From Raillietiella orientalis (Eukaryota), in NCBI GenBank assembly GCA_036172245.1, contig JAYWIR010000057.1, forward strand, positions 620,001 to 684,000: a stretch of 64,000 nt of DNA, read 5' to 3'. Positions within the stretch are counted from its first letter, which is position 1. Each line of letters opens with the position of its first letter. The notes below the pieces were generated by a model, which saw only the letters and a program-made list of their open reading frames with translations, did no database searches and was not told the origin of the DNA. The position numbers were made by a program, and so were the translations under genes. Below, piece after piece: positions 1 through 11,900 of the stretch.

Positions 1-3000
1 GGATTATTTAGAAGGGTCTGATCAGCTTACAGTGGAATCTATTCGTATAGGGATGATGCTTCTCTGTTGCAGCTACCATCTTGAGGTGGTACTGGTTTGT
101 GAACACCACTCTGTAGCATGACATTCGTTGAAGCAAGGAATGGACCTTCGAGAAATGCTTGAGACACCGGGATGGTCTGGGGGTGCATTTGTCAGAAATG
201 GGATTCCTTGGTTCCATGGATCTATCCAAGGTTGATAAAGGCAAGCCTACCCCAAATCAAGAAATGATCCTTTAATGCCCGAAATTTATAATTCCTGTCC
301 ACCCCCGAGTCGACCCACAGCACTGCTACCCTTCCACCTCACCACACCAAGTAAAAATCCACAGTACAGCAAAGTCCTTCAGAGCACGTACATCAATCGG
401 TCGTGGAAACAAGAGTCACAATCCTCAGTCACTCACATGATCCCATACATAGCGATTAAACTCTTCCTTCCCTTCCCTCGCCTCCCGCAAGTGGCCATCT
501 TGCCGATAACCTTCAGCAAACAAGAAATTCACATTTCGACAAAAATAAAAAAAAAGCAACCGTTTATTCTACATCCATGCTCCACATTCTATCCCGAACC
601 AATTCAGCCTGCGCCCTCTGCAAAATTACGAGGCAAACGATTAACCTCCGCTAAACACACAGTAAGTCGCACAATTCATTTCCCTATCTTGCAAAACACC
701 AATCATCTCTCTACTCTTACCCTAACCTATATACACCTATATACATTACCACTCCCACAGAGGAAGTAATTATACACACCTCACGAAATTCTTCGCGTGG
801 TGCCCTCTGCCCGAATGAGAGAGCATGCAGCATTTTAAGTTTGGAATCATGCAACGTGTTGCATGAGCAACGGGAATCAAACAGCAGCCGTAATGCCATG
901 GAGGCCCTTGTTCATCCAAAATGCTCCATAAAAAAAAAAAAAAATTGGACCACCAAGTCTTCTGCTAACAAGCGATCTCTGATTCCATCGCTGCCGACTT
1001 CGAAAAAACCTCGTGTACTCGCCCGCTGGGAATCTCGGATTGATCCAGATCGGTGGCACAGAAAGGTTCAAGATTGGGAATTCTTCCAGCTTTCCCTTGA
1101 ATGGGGAAACATCGACTGATTTCAATACAATACAATCACTACCGTCGGGGAATAGGTATTTCGAGAAGTGATGTCATCAATCACTCAAAGATGACTTGCC
1201 TCCCTTTTGTGGGTGTGTTGTGTGTGTTTCAGGAAAATTGGCTACTGATGCAACGCTAACAGATCTGTTGAAGGCCGTGGAGAAGTCGCTATTGGCGCTG
1301 AGAAAACGAAACTGCAGCAGCCTCAAGCTCTTCTGTCAAAAACAGGAAGAAAAAAAGGAAGGCGTCTGCCCGCTGAAGTTACCACCCCAGTAACTGCAAT
1401 CGACTGATTCCTCGAGACAGATCTGCAAGCTGGCAGAAGCTGCAGAGGTAATCCGGGGAATCTTGAACACGATCCCTGAACGCGGATGGGGATGAAACTA
1501 AAGATACCATTTACTGCAGACGCCCCGAGTGCGACCCGCACAACAATGAGTCGACCCTTCAGGACCTCCAGCGTTTTCGAGTCATTCAGTTCGCATGAAG
1601 CGATTTTCCAGCCAAGTGGTGACTTGAGTGTCACTTCCGCTTTCGTCCTGAGCGAAGAAAAGAGCCACATCTTTAAAATATTTTTAGACCATTTCCTGGA
1701 GGCAGCTGACCGTAAATTTCAACAGAAATGGAACGCAGGGAAAACGAAAGATCCATTTCACAGCAGGTGCAGTCCGAAGAACATCAGCGTCTTCCTAGTG
1801 ACAGCCATAAATTCAAGTCGAAGACCAAGGTGGTCTTTATGGAAGCCAGGGCACCAATTGAAGGAAGTCAGGCGCACTCCCTTCCTACTGCGAATGGCGC
1901 AGCTTCACCGTGCTTTGATTTCTGATTTGATACCATTCACCAGAGACAGCACATCACCACGACAGAAAGCAGACTTATGCCACCTGAAAGTGTGGTGGAA
2001 AATCGATAATCTTGAAACAGATGACTTGCTCCGTGAAGCCAACAGCCGGGCATCTCAAAGAAGGAAAGTTCTGGGAGCACAGCTGAGGAAGTGAGGCCAC
2101 TGTGGTTATCAGGGGGCCGCGGAGTGGCAGCGGAGATGCAGCTAATGACCAAACAGTTCGCATCTTGTGGATCCACCCCCCGCACCCGCAGCAATCCTGC
2201 AAGAGGAGCTGCTTCCAACGAAGGAACTGGAAAGCAATTGTCCTGCTTGTTCCCCATGGCGAATTCAACTTGAATTCAGACGGTTCCGTTTCCGTCCATT
2301 CGAAACGAAACTCACTTTCGTAGGTTTCGTGCTTCGTCCCGAGGGATAGATTGCTCGTTGCCTAGGAACTGTAATTTTCAAGCAAAGCTCATGCTACGCT
2401 ATGGTAATGCAGTCAGCACTTCATAGAAAGAAAGAAGGAAAGAAAAAACAATAAAAGCGAGAGCAGACCAAATGCTGTAGGGGGACTCTAGGATGAATCC
2501 ATGAATTTTGTCCCAGTGGACTCGGAAGCATTTTTTTTTTTTTTTTTTTTTCACATCTTCGCTCCACGTTTTATTGGTAGAAATGTCGACTTTGCGGATG
2601 TTTCTTGCCAACCCTTGTAACCTGTATGCATCGTTGGTTTTGAAAATTCCCATCCCCCCCGGTTGGCAATAGAACGTACTCTGGATTCTGGAGATCTCGA
2701 ACAGCTCCTCGGAACGTAGCAGATGAAGAGGAGCTGAAGGAGACTTGCATGACTTAGCAGCAGTGAGATATCAAGAGATGTTTAAAGGAGTCTGCTCAGT
2801 AATTGATAATCCTCGAAAAATTCATCTTTCCGATGTTCGGATATGGGTGCCTTGGTTATTCAGGATTGAGAAGCACTCTCTTAATAAAAGGGCGACTGAA
2901 GGTTCCAATGGAGATGCAACGTGAAAGAGCCAACTGTTGCGCGTCAAATTTGGATGTGTACATACGAATGCAATTCTGTATGGAAATGGGAGATTTCACT

Positions 3001-3299
3001 GCAATTTCGGGCGAGGACGATATGTTGTCGAGTACAAGCCGCTCGTCTCTCAGGCATAAGATTACCCATAGCGTAGCAGATGCACCGGAAGATGTATCCA
3101 GGCAACGGGGTGAAGCGAAGGATTGCCTCGATATTGATACTTGTTTGTTGCATTATGGGTACGTAATGATTAGGGGTTAACTGACTAAATCGGGGTAGAG
3201 AATAGTTGAGAAAAAGAGGTGGTACACAGAGTGGGAGCGCTCAGTGCATGTAGGTACTTTTTGTATCCGGGTAAAATTAAACAAATCCCCGAAGGGATC

Positions 3300-3675
3300 A
3301 GAGCACTTCTTCACATTCTAGAGAGGTGTCAATCCACCAGCCCATGGTACTCGGTCGAGGGCCACACACCCCGAGGAAGGAGACGACTCCATTTTCACAA
3401 CCGGAGGGAATCCCGAAGGGAAAGGGGGAAGGACCGGGAGGGTCAATTTCTAATCCCGGCCACCCAATGGGGGCATCCGGTTTCTGACCTCCGCTAGTGC
3501 CGCACCCGAAGCTATGAGGTCAAGCAGCGTTATCTTGAGGGGGACAGGCGACTCAAAGCCCACGACGCACCTCCCGTTCTCGGCGCCGATCCTTACCCAG
3601 GCGGGATGGGTAAGGATCGGCGAAGCCTGGAACTTCCACGCGCGGAGACCGCAGCCGTACGGACTGCCAACGCAA
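3300..3675 (-). mobile_element. tRNA-headed SINE-like element, family A, 3'-truncated copy
   Basis: 3300-3510 is the reverse complement of ~8222-8450 (e.g. GAGAGGTGTCAATCCACCAGC vs GCTGGTGGATTGACACCTCTC). The end at 3645-3675 (GACCGCAGCC..GCCAACGC) matches the reverse complement of the head at 22203. Confidence 0.8.
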
Positions 3676-6600
3676 GCGCAGCTTAGTCTGCAGTCGGATG
3701 GCAGTGTCCATGCAAGCAGCTGCTTGACTATCCCTCTGAACTTTTGAGGACAACAAAGAAGGATCGACAGAAATGAAGAACGCCTCTGGGCTTTCACCTA
3801 GATTCTCTCGAATCAATCTCCTCTTCTTTTTCATTCTTCGGTGATTTGGGTGATTCGCAGATTATCATAGAGTGCTCCTTGGTGCTCTTCAGAATTCACT
3901 TGGGGAGTACAAGAGACGGGGCGAGCATAGACCGCCTTCCTTGTTCCCACTCGACTCGCTTTCCTTTCTTTGGTGTTCATCTTTGATACTCCTCGCGCTG
4001 TGCCTATCCTCCTAACTCTAATCCCTATGGAGATTTTTCGATCCATTTGCATTGCCTTGTCGTGCAGCTTATGCCAACGTCTCTGGTATCTGAGCACTAC
4101 TGAGGGTGTGGGTGTTTCACGCTCCACACACCCACTCCTTCCTTCAGGGGTACTTCGAAAGGGTCGTTCAGACAGCCGCACAGACGCTTGCACTTTATCG
4201 CAGTCCATTGTTCGTCATAATCCTTGTTCACCACCCAAACAGTTTGACGCCCTCGTTTTTCGCCCTCCAACTGCGCTTTCTAGCTCCAAACGCAGGAGGG
4301 TTCCTGCTATTCTGGACTTTTCCTTCCTACGATGTAGCACGTGAGAGCAAGCGATCTGTGGAACGCATGTTGGTACCTTCTAGGGAAACGTAGGTTAAGT
4401 GGCATCCTGTGCTCGCCTTCGCGTCTGTGTGCCGGTGTCATCTATACGTATGGGGCAAAACGGCAAGCCCTACCTGGGCTTGCCGGTTCGCCCCATACGT
4501 AAAGGTGGTAGAGTAAAGGTAGCAAGAAGAACCATTTCATTTTATGGAAACTGCTTGTTGCATCAGAAGGATAGCTCACCTTTTTCTTCTATCGATCCTC
4601 AAGGTTGTACAGATCTCCATGAGGAGACTTTGGCTACTTTTCTTTGGAACATGCTACTTTGTTCTTCTCAGTCTTTGGATACCGTCGATGATGGTACAGC
4701 TCTCAAAGGCCTTGCAGAGTGAAGAAGCCAGACCTTCTTCCTGCCCTTCCCCTCCTCCTGACTCTCGTACATTTGGAATCTTCTCTTGGTGACTAGATCT
4801 CACAAGGCAATGACGCTGTGAATTGCTCTCACAGTGCGTAATGCATCTTTCAAATTCCTCCGGCAATAGTAAGTCAGAGGTAATTCTGGTTTCTTTCAAA
4901 TCTCAAATGGCCCTGTGACTTCAGCAAAGATGACGAATAGTAAAGTTCGGCGGCAAATGTGATATTTGAGAAGAGTGGCATCTACCTTCGTGATCGATGC
5001 CTCTATCGTGCATTTGTCGTACGGGGACTGCTTCCATTTGAGCACGAGAAGGCCTTGAAGCGTTGCCAGCTTCCCTCTAGGTATCTGAAGGGAGGATGTA
5101 AGTGTGCCAATCTGGAGAAACGGAGGGGAAAATAAGCTAAATATCCTCTGCACAGCAGGATGATACGCTATGGAGATTTCAACACTGATGCTGATTTTGG
5201 AACCATCGAGGTTTAGGAAAATCTCTAAGGAATCTGTCTGAAGAAACGGAGGATGGCTGGCTCATTGATGGCTCAGAGATGAGAATTCCAGATTTCATAT
5301 ATATCAATGCTCAACACTAGCTGAAGATTTCGAGTAACCAGGAATCTTCTTTGATGGTTTTGATAAATTCACGGGTGCAGGGACATTTCTGAGTCGCCGA
5401 TTTAATTGTGTAGATGGGAGGATACTTTTCATAAAGTAGTAAGGGAAATGCAAAAGAAGGAAGCCGAGATCGATAAAAATGAACGAGAATGGGAAGGTCG
5501 AAGAATTTCTTGTGGGAGTTTCTTAGCAAGAAGCAGAGCTAGGACTTGTCCTGCCAGGTGGTACTGGGACTGTTCCAATAACTGAGATGCAGTCAGATGC
5601 AGTCAGTCAGCCGTTCTGCAAAAGGCGCACTAATTTCGGAGTAGTTCACTTTCTCTGCGATCCCTCCAGCTTTAAAAATTCAATGAAGTCTGTGTTACTG
5701 GTGAGTCATAATAGGCGTCTAAGATTGAGTGCTTGGCTGCTGGAACCTTCTCTTGATTGGCCAAAACAGAATCGAGTGCAGGAGACGTTTGGTGACTTCC
5801 TGATGAAATATGGCTTTTAAAAATAGATGCTGTGCTTTACGGAGGTTTGGTTGCCATGTGCACAATGTGGGTGTTTTGCTGAAGTGGACTAAGGATCTCT
5901 GTGGCTAACTCTAGTTTTCTGATTGAAGCCTTGTCCATCTAATTTCGTAAAGAGACACGAAAATCAGGCGATAGTTTGAGAAAAATAGCATGAAACCACT
6001 GTCTTGGAAACAGTTTCTTTTTTTTTCTGGTATCAGTTCTGCTGCTCTGCGATGCTGATACAAACGGATGACAATATCACCCGGACTACGAACCGTTGCA
6101 TTAGGTAGCACAATCACTGTGCTACTTGGAGAAATGGCCAGAATCTCATTTGTTTAGTGTGAACTATTTTATTTTAAAAACACTCCTTTTACGTTGACTT
6201 GATTTGAGCTGAGAAACCCTTTGAGTTGCTTGAAAATGCATCATGAGATCTACAGTCGGACTTTCTCGTAGGAACACAGTTTCACTTCTGCTCTATTTTC
6301 TTCTGAGTTTTACAAAATGTCCGCACACGTCGCATCCAACATTGCCATATTTTCAACAGCCACTTGCCAAGCCCTGAAATCAGTGTCAATTCCTACACAA
6401 TGTCAAACCGCTAGTAAAGAACAACCTATAGCTAATACATTACAGCCACAAAGCTACCAGCTGGTTTCTCACTCCTCCAGAACTACACTGAATAGAGAAC
6501 AGCATACAACTGAAAGTATGAGCTGATGTTCCACACTGTTCTAAATGAACCTTTGGATGAGTGAAAGATTGCAGCTGCTCCAACTTGCTTTCCGAATGTT

Positions 6601-8104
6601 AAGGTGTCATTGCATTGCATATTTCTCAAGTCGAGGAATTACTGGTGAAACTAAATTTCCGAATGCAGAATCCTGAGGTATAAAGTAACCTGGACGAAGT
6701 CATCTGGGCAGACTGAAGCGCTGATCTTTGCTGAAGTGAAATGAGCATATGCTGACCATCGTAAGACATGCAAATAGAGCCGAATGGCTCTGGATTTGCT
6801 GGCAAAGAAGGTGTAAAGCTTAGCAGAGCCCACAGACACAGACTTTGTTAAAAGCTGCTTCCTTTGAAGATGCAATTCTTCCAGAATTTTCCTGTTTTGG
6901 AGTTATCGCTTAATGTTGGGCTGACTGGACGTCACCCACGATTTGCTTTGCAGCAAGCAAGGAGTCACAACTGCTAGAATCGCCAGCAAGCGTGCTGGAA
7001 GCTGCATGCATCCAGCACAAAGACATACGCCAAATTCGAGAGATTGCAGTGGTCGTTGGAACGGCTAAAACTTAAACAAAAAAGAAAACTAACAGCTAAA
7101 TCTTCAATACCTTTTTTTTTGTGTATGCTCGTCTTGAATGATCTATTTTCTTACGCTTACAAATGAGTATTCATGGACTGCGAAACTGGCGTTTGCTTTG
7201 TCGATACATTCGAGTATCCCATCAAAGTTCTGGCTTTTTTTCTTCTGCTCTAAATGCTCCAATGGGAAGCTTTTTTTCTGTTCTTTTTTTCATAGAACTA
7301 CATAAAAGCATTGTGCTTGCTGTTAGTGCGAATCTTTCTCAGTAAGTGTTTGGAGAGTTTGCATTGAGACGTCAAGGAGCACAGGCGGCGATGGGATAGC
7401 TGGAACCATGAAACGCACGTAGATCTTTCCATCTGTTGAATAAAGACTGCCCCTCGGAAGTAGAACGTCTCACCAGCGCCGAGAACCACACAGTACTCTT
7501 TAAGAAGACACGCCGACCATGTTCTTGAACTCCACACTGTCGTCATACTGTTGATATTGATAGAATCTTGCTCCTCTTTTCCCAGTAGTTACATATTATA
7601 TGAGTCTTGGATTTTTTAAAGCACTGGTAGCCGAAAGAGCCTCCCCAGCAGGATGGTTCCAGGGTTTTTATATTTTAAGCCTGAGAAAAAACGAAGGCAG
7701 ACTTTGAATTCATAGCCATGGCAAACAAAACTGGAGAAGAGGCCTCAAAGATCAATTACAGCACTCCAAGCTCGAAAACGAGTTGAACTCCACTCAATAC
7801 CAGAGGTTCACGAAGTTTTTGAGCATGCGAGAAGGACCGCGGTGCCCTTGAAATTTCGATCCAGTTGTAAGATCACGGGCATCCAATTGCGCCGAAATCA
7901 CAGAAAGGAACAGGGATTCGCTGCACAACAGCATTTGGAAGCTGCGTCTACGCGCTCGTCGCCAAATGAGCCCACGAACATAGGGAGAAGGGACTCCAAG
8001 CTCTTCTCCCGGAGAGAAGCGTACGGCACTTCACCCAGGTAGGTGCGGTTTGCATTTCGTTTCCGAAGGGAGAAGTCCCCTGCGCTGGAGGTCAAGTATC
8101 CCTG

Positions 8105-8945
8105 AACGTGGTGCCAAGCGTTGCGGGTTCGAATCCCCACGTGGAAAGTCGAAACCAGGGAGATAGGTGAGTCGGAGGTCTCGAGTTCCACAGCAAGATA
8201 ATGCTAAGTGGTCTACAAACTTCGGGTACGGCATTGCTGGGAGCCAGAAACTAGATACCCCCGTTGAGTGGTCGGGATTGGAAACTGACCCTCTTGGATC
8301 CTTCCAGGCATCAAGAAGCACCGGTTCCCTTCGGAATTCCCCCTCCGGTTCTGAAAATGGAGTCGTCTCCTTCCTCGGGGGTGTGGCCCTGGATCGAATA
8401 CCATGGAGCTGGTGGATTGACACCTCTCCAGAGTGTCAAGAAGTGCTCTGCTCCCAACGGGGAGAGACCCTTGAAATTTGGAAGCGTCCCTTCGGGGTTC
8501 TGTTTGGAGGACGAAACAAGGAGCGGTTTTCTTGCGGGATCCCTTCAGAGAAGGAATTTCAGGAGCGAGTACTTTCCTGGTTCCCTTCGAAGAAGAAACG
8601 AGGAGTGCCTTTTCTCTGGTGGGTCTCTCCGGAAAGAATAAGGAAGAGGGGGTTTTCAGAGAGAACTAGGACGTGGGTTCCTTTCAGGATTCTTTCCAGA
8701 GAGTAAAGGGAACTTACTACTTCCTCTGGAGCCTTTCTGGATTCATAGGGTGGCCCCCTCATGAGGTACCCTCAATAACTTGAGTTACGCACCCTCGGGT
8801 GGCGTGGACTGGTGTTAAAGAGCTTCGTGAGACCCTAGGCGAACTGTTCTTCAGTACATAGCGGACCCAAAAAAAAAATTTTACCTCAAAGAAAAGGTGG
8901 AAGAAAACAGAGAAGTAGAAAACAGGACCCAAAGGGATTTCTAAT
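8105..8945 (+). mobile_element. SINE-like family A, near full-length copy
   Basis: Perfect Pol III B-box GGTTCGAATCC at 8126-8136. Body and tail (GGATTCATAGGGTGG, TAACTTGA, CGCACCCTCGGGTGGCGTGGAC, AAAGAGCTT, A-tract, GGAAGAAAACAG, AAGGGATTT) are shared with the other copies. Confidence 0.82.
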
Positions 8946-11900
8946 AAAAAAAAAAAAAGAAATTTCCCATAAGAGCAGTGGAAGTGCCGAAGGAATTAAC
9001 TCGCCGTTCAGAAGGAAAAGAGAGAGCTGAGTGTTGCACAACACGGAGCTACACAATCGCATCCTGTCAAAACCAAAGTCAGGAATCCCATCCGGGGTCT
9101 GCATCCATTACGCCGAAGACCAAAAGAAAATGTCGCAAACGCTCGTGACGCAAGTCAGAGACTCCCGAAATTTCTTCCCGGGAACCGTATCGGGTCCCTA
9201 TTTTGCTTCCTCCGTAGCTCATCAAATTCTTCCATGACAGCTTCAAACAGGTTTGACCAGGAGCAAACGAAATCCTCGCACGAAAGTGAATCGTTTGAAT
9301 TCTGCGCTCGGGAGCATTAGGAGATGCAAATTCCCGGAAGGCCGTGAGACGAAGAAACGCGGCAGGTCACTCTTTCTGCCTGAGAATGTGTGGTTCTTTA
9401 TCGATTGCAGTTGGAGGGTGGACCTCCCCGTGTTTATCTGAGGCACGGATCAGGGCTCTCCCGGATCGATTGAGTCTTCATCTACGAAAATCTCCGGAAT
9501 CCGCGGATTCCACGTCCTCCCGAGAGGACACGAACGACAACAGCAACCTCCACGTACTCCTCACTGCTCTTTGTTTGCTTTGTCTGCTTTCTTCTCATCT
9601 CACATCGGTCGGCCAAATCGACTCTCGTGTCATGCAGGGAGCGAACTGACCTACGATGACCTTTCGGCTGTCGGTCGCGTGCTGCCTATTCCATTCAAGG
9701 CCTCTACTCCTACGAACCTTACATCCTTACCGATGGTCCCCGGCGCCCACATCGATGGAGTCTTTCTGCACAAATAGCCGATGTTCCCGAAGGAAAAACC
9801 CCGCTTTATGCATATCGCAATCTTCCCGTAGGACCCCTCCTCTAATCTCCGAAGTTCTTTTTCCTCTCCCACCGGTCCAGGGAAAGGCAGGAGGATTCCC
9901 TGAACCTATTTTTGAGTCTCGGACTCAGATCTTCAGGAAATGAGGCGCCCGTCGCACGACTCCGACTCTCACGAGTGCTGGCAAACAGGAAGGTCACGTG
10001 GGAATATGTCCCTTAGTTCTTTCCTGGGGGGCAAGGGAGAGGAGGCAGACAACTATTCCAGTTTCTTCCTGGTCCGAATGCGGCTCCTGCTGTTTTCTTC
10101 AAGCAGGCAACTCGCAGCAGGACAGCCCGAAGGGACTCCGAGGAACGGGACCGCAAAAGTGCAAAGGCGAGGGATGAGAAGACGCTACTGCACTTCATCT
10201 TTCCAGAGGAGGAAGTCCTGGAAAAACGGCCAGGATCCGTCCGTGCGAGCAGGAAAAGAAATGCAAGCGCCCGCCGGTTGGTGCCCTCAGCAGACCTCTG
10301 GGACGAGTCGATATGGATCATGATCAAAAAGGGACAGGATGACCTCCTGCTCCCAGCTGCTGAATGCACAACGGCCAGTGCGCGGCTGAAGATTGCAAAC
10401 CCAGCGGATCGAGGGGTCGGCATCCAGGCTTCCCAAGACCGAAGCGTCGTGGGACGGGAGTGATCAACCCGGCAGATCGCTGATGCTGGTCCATGGGAAC
10501 CTGAAACTCTGAGATCCTCAGAAAAACAGGAACTGCCAACAGCCTCGATATAAAAAGGGCTAATTCCCGTCACAGCGTGCGGAAGCATCGGACTCCTAAT
10601 AGGCCCGTATCGTCAGCCAACGCATGAATCGCCCCCAAGGAACGCTCTGTCTCCAGGATACTGACTTTCTTCGGATTGAGAAGGCAGCCTGTCCCTCTTG
10701 CAACAAGCAGATGAGCGCGATCCATTCGGCTTAGAAGTCCTGCCTTCGTTGGTCTTCATCTCCCCGGGGTTCCTGCCCCGCCGGCTGAGTGCCCCTCCCC
10801 CGTCGTAAACACAGGTGATGCCTATCCGGCAACCGTCGTGGGGGCAGCTCCTCCCCACATCAGCACGACGGCTCTTTTGAAGCTTTCAGAGTGTCTTGGG
10901 AGTCCAACTGATGCTGTTGTCTTCGGATGCTACGCTGCCTCCCTCGCCATCCCTGGAGTCTGTTTCTCCCTCCTGAGAAAATCCTCCACCCTCCTTCCTC
11001 CCCCTCACCAGCAACGACTCCCGCTCTCCCGGGCAGCGGACTGATCCCGTCGTCCTTTCACACACCCGCAGAGTTAGTTCCTCCAAGCAAAGCAGATTAC
11101 CCGGAGTTCCCGATAAACCGCTCCGCACGGCGGTGTCATCCCCTAATCACGTTCCCGTGTTTGTCTTGTGGTTCGGCAACTTCTGACGGGGAGTCTGCAA
11201 ACAGAACTCGCCGCGTAACCAAGTTACGTCCTCGGACGCGTGCTGCAGGGTTGCCGCATGAACTTTTCAGGGATCGCTTCCGTCCCATAGTCACCCTGGT
11301 AGTCCCGAGCGCTTCCGCAGACGTCCCTTCCTTCCTAAGAGATCGTCAGATCGATCTCACTAATTAAGGAAAAGGAAGCAACAGGGACGCCGTGCATTGG
11401 GCAGGCAAGAAAAGATGCGAAGTTGGAAAGGATTGTTTTTTTCCGGATCATGAAAAGATGAGTGAAAATCCCTGTTTCCGGAAATGGATCCTCGCCCTCC
11501 TCCGTCCTCCGAGACAGCTTCCATCTCGAGTCGACGTTCGCTGTCTTCGCCTTACGGAGCGACACATCGTTGCATCGAAAAACACACACAAAAAAAAAGG
11601 ACAATACCTATATCTCCTCTCCGCGGAACCGCACCTCTATCTGATGGCTCCACCGTCTGGCGATCTGGAACAAATCCTCCCTGTTTCAGAACACCCGCCA
11701 GCTGAGCAGAAAACATTCGTTCCTCGAGGATCCCACAATCATCTGCTTTCCGCATGGAAGCCGAGGGTCTGTTCGGTGCATTGGACTTCCGGCTTCTCTT
11801 TGCAAGAGTAGCATCCGCGTCGCCGGCTCTGTTTTAATCAAGCTCAGCATCAGTTGTCGCTCCATCCACAGCCTCTGGGATCTCCAGCTACTCTCCCTCA

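Noticed and set aside
8105..8140. tRNA genes at the GGTTCGAATCC motifs (also ~22247, ~29730, ~63879)
   Set aside because: No complete cloverleaf; each motif heads a longer shared dispersed repeat, so these are SINE heads.
10549..10557. TATA box as promoter of the SIYamide gene
   Set aside because: 4.8 kb upstream, with no initiator at the expected spacing and no linked donor site identified.
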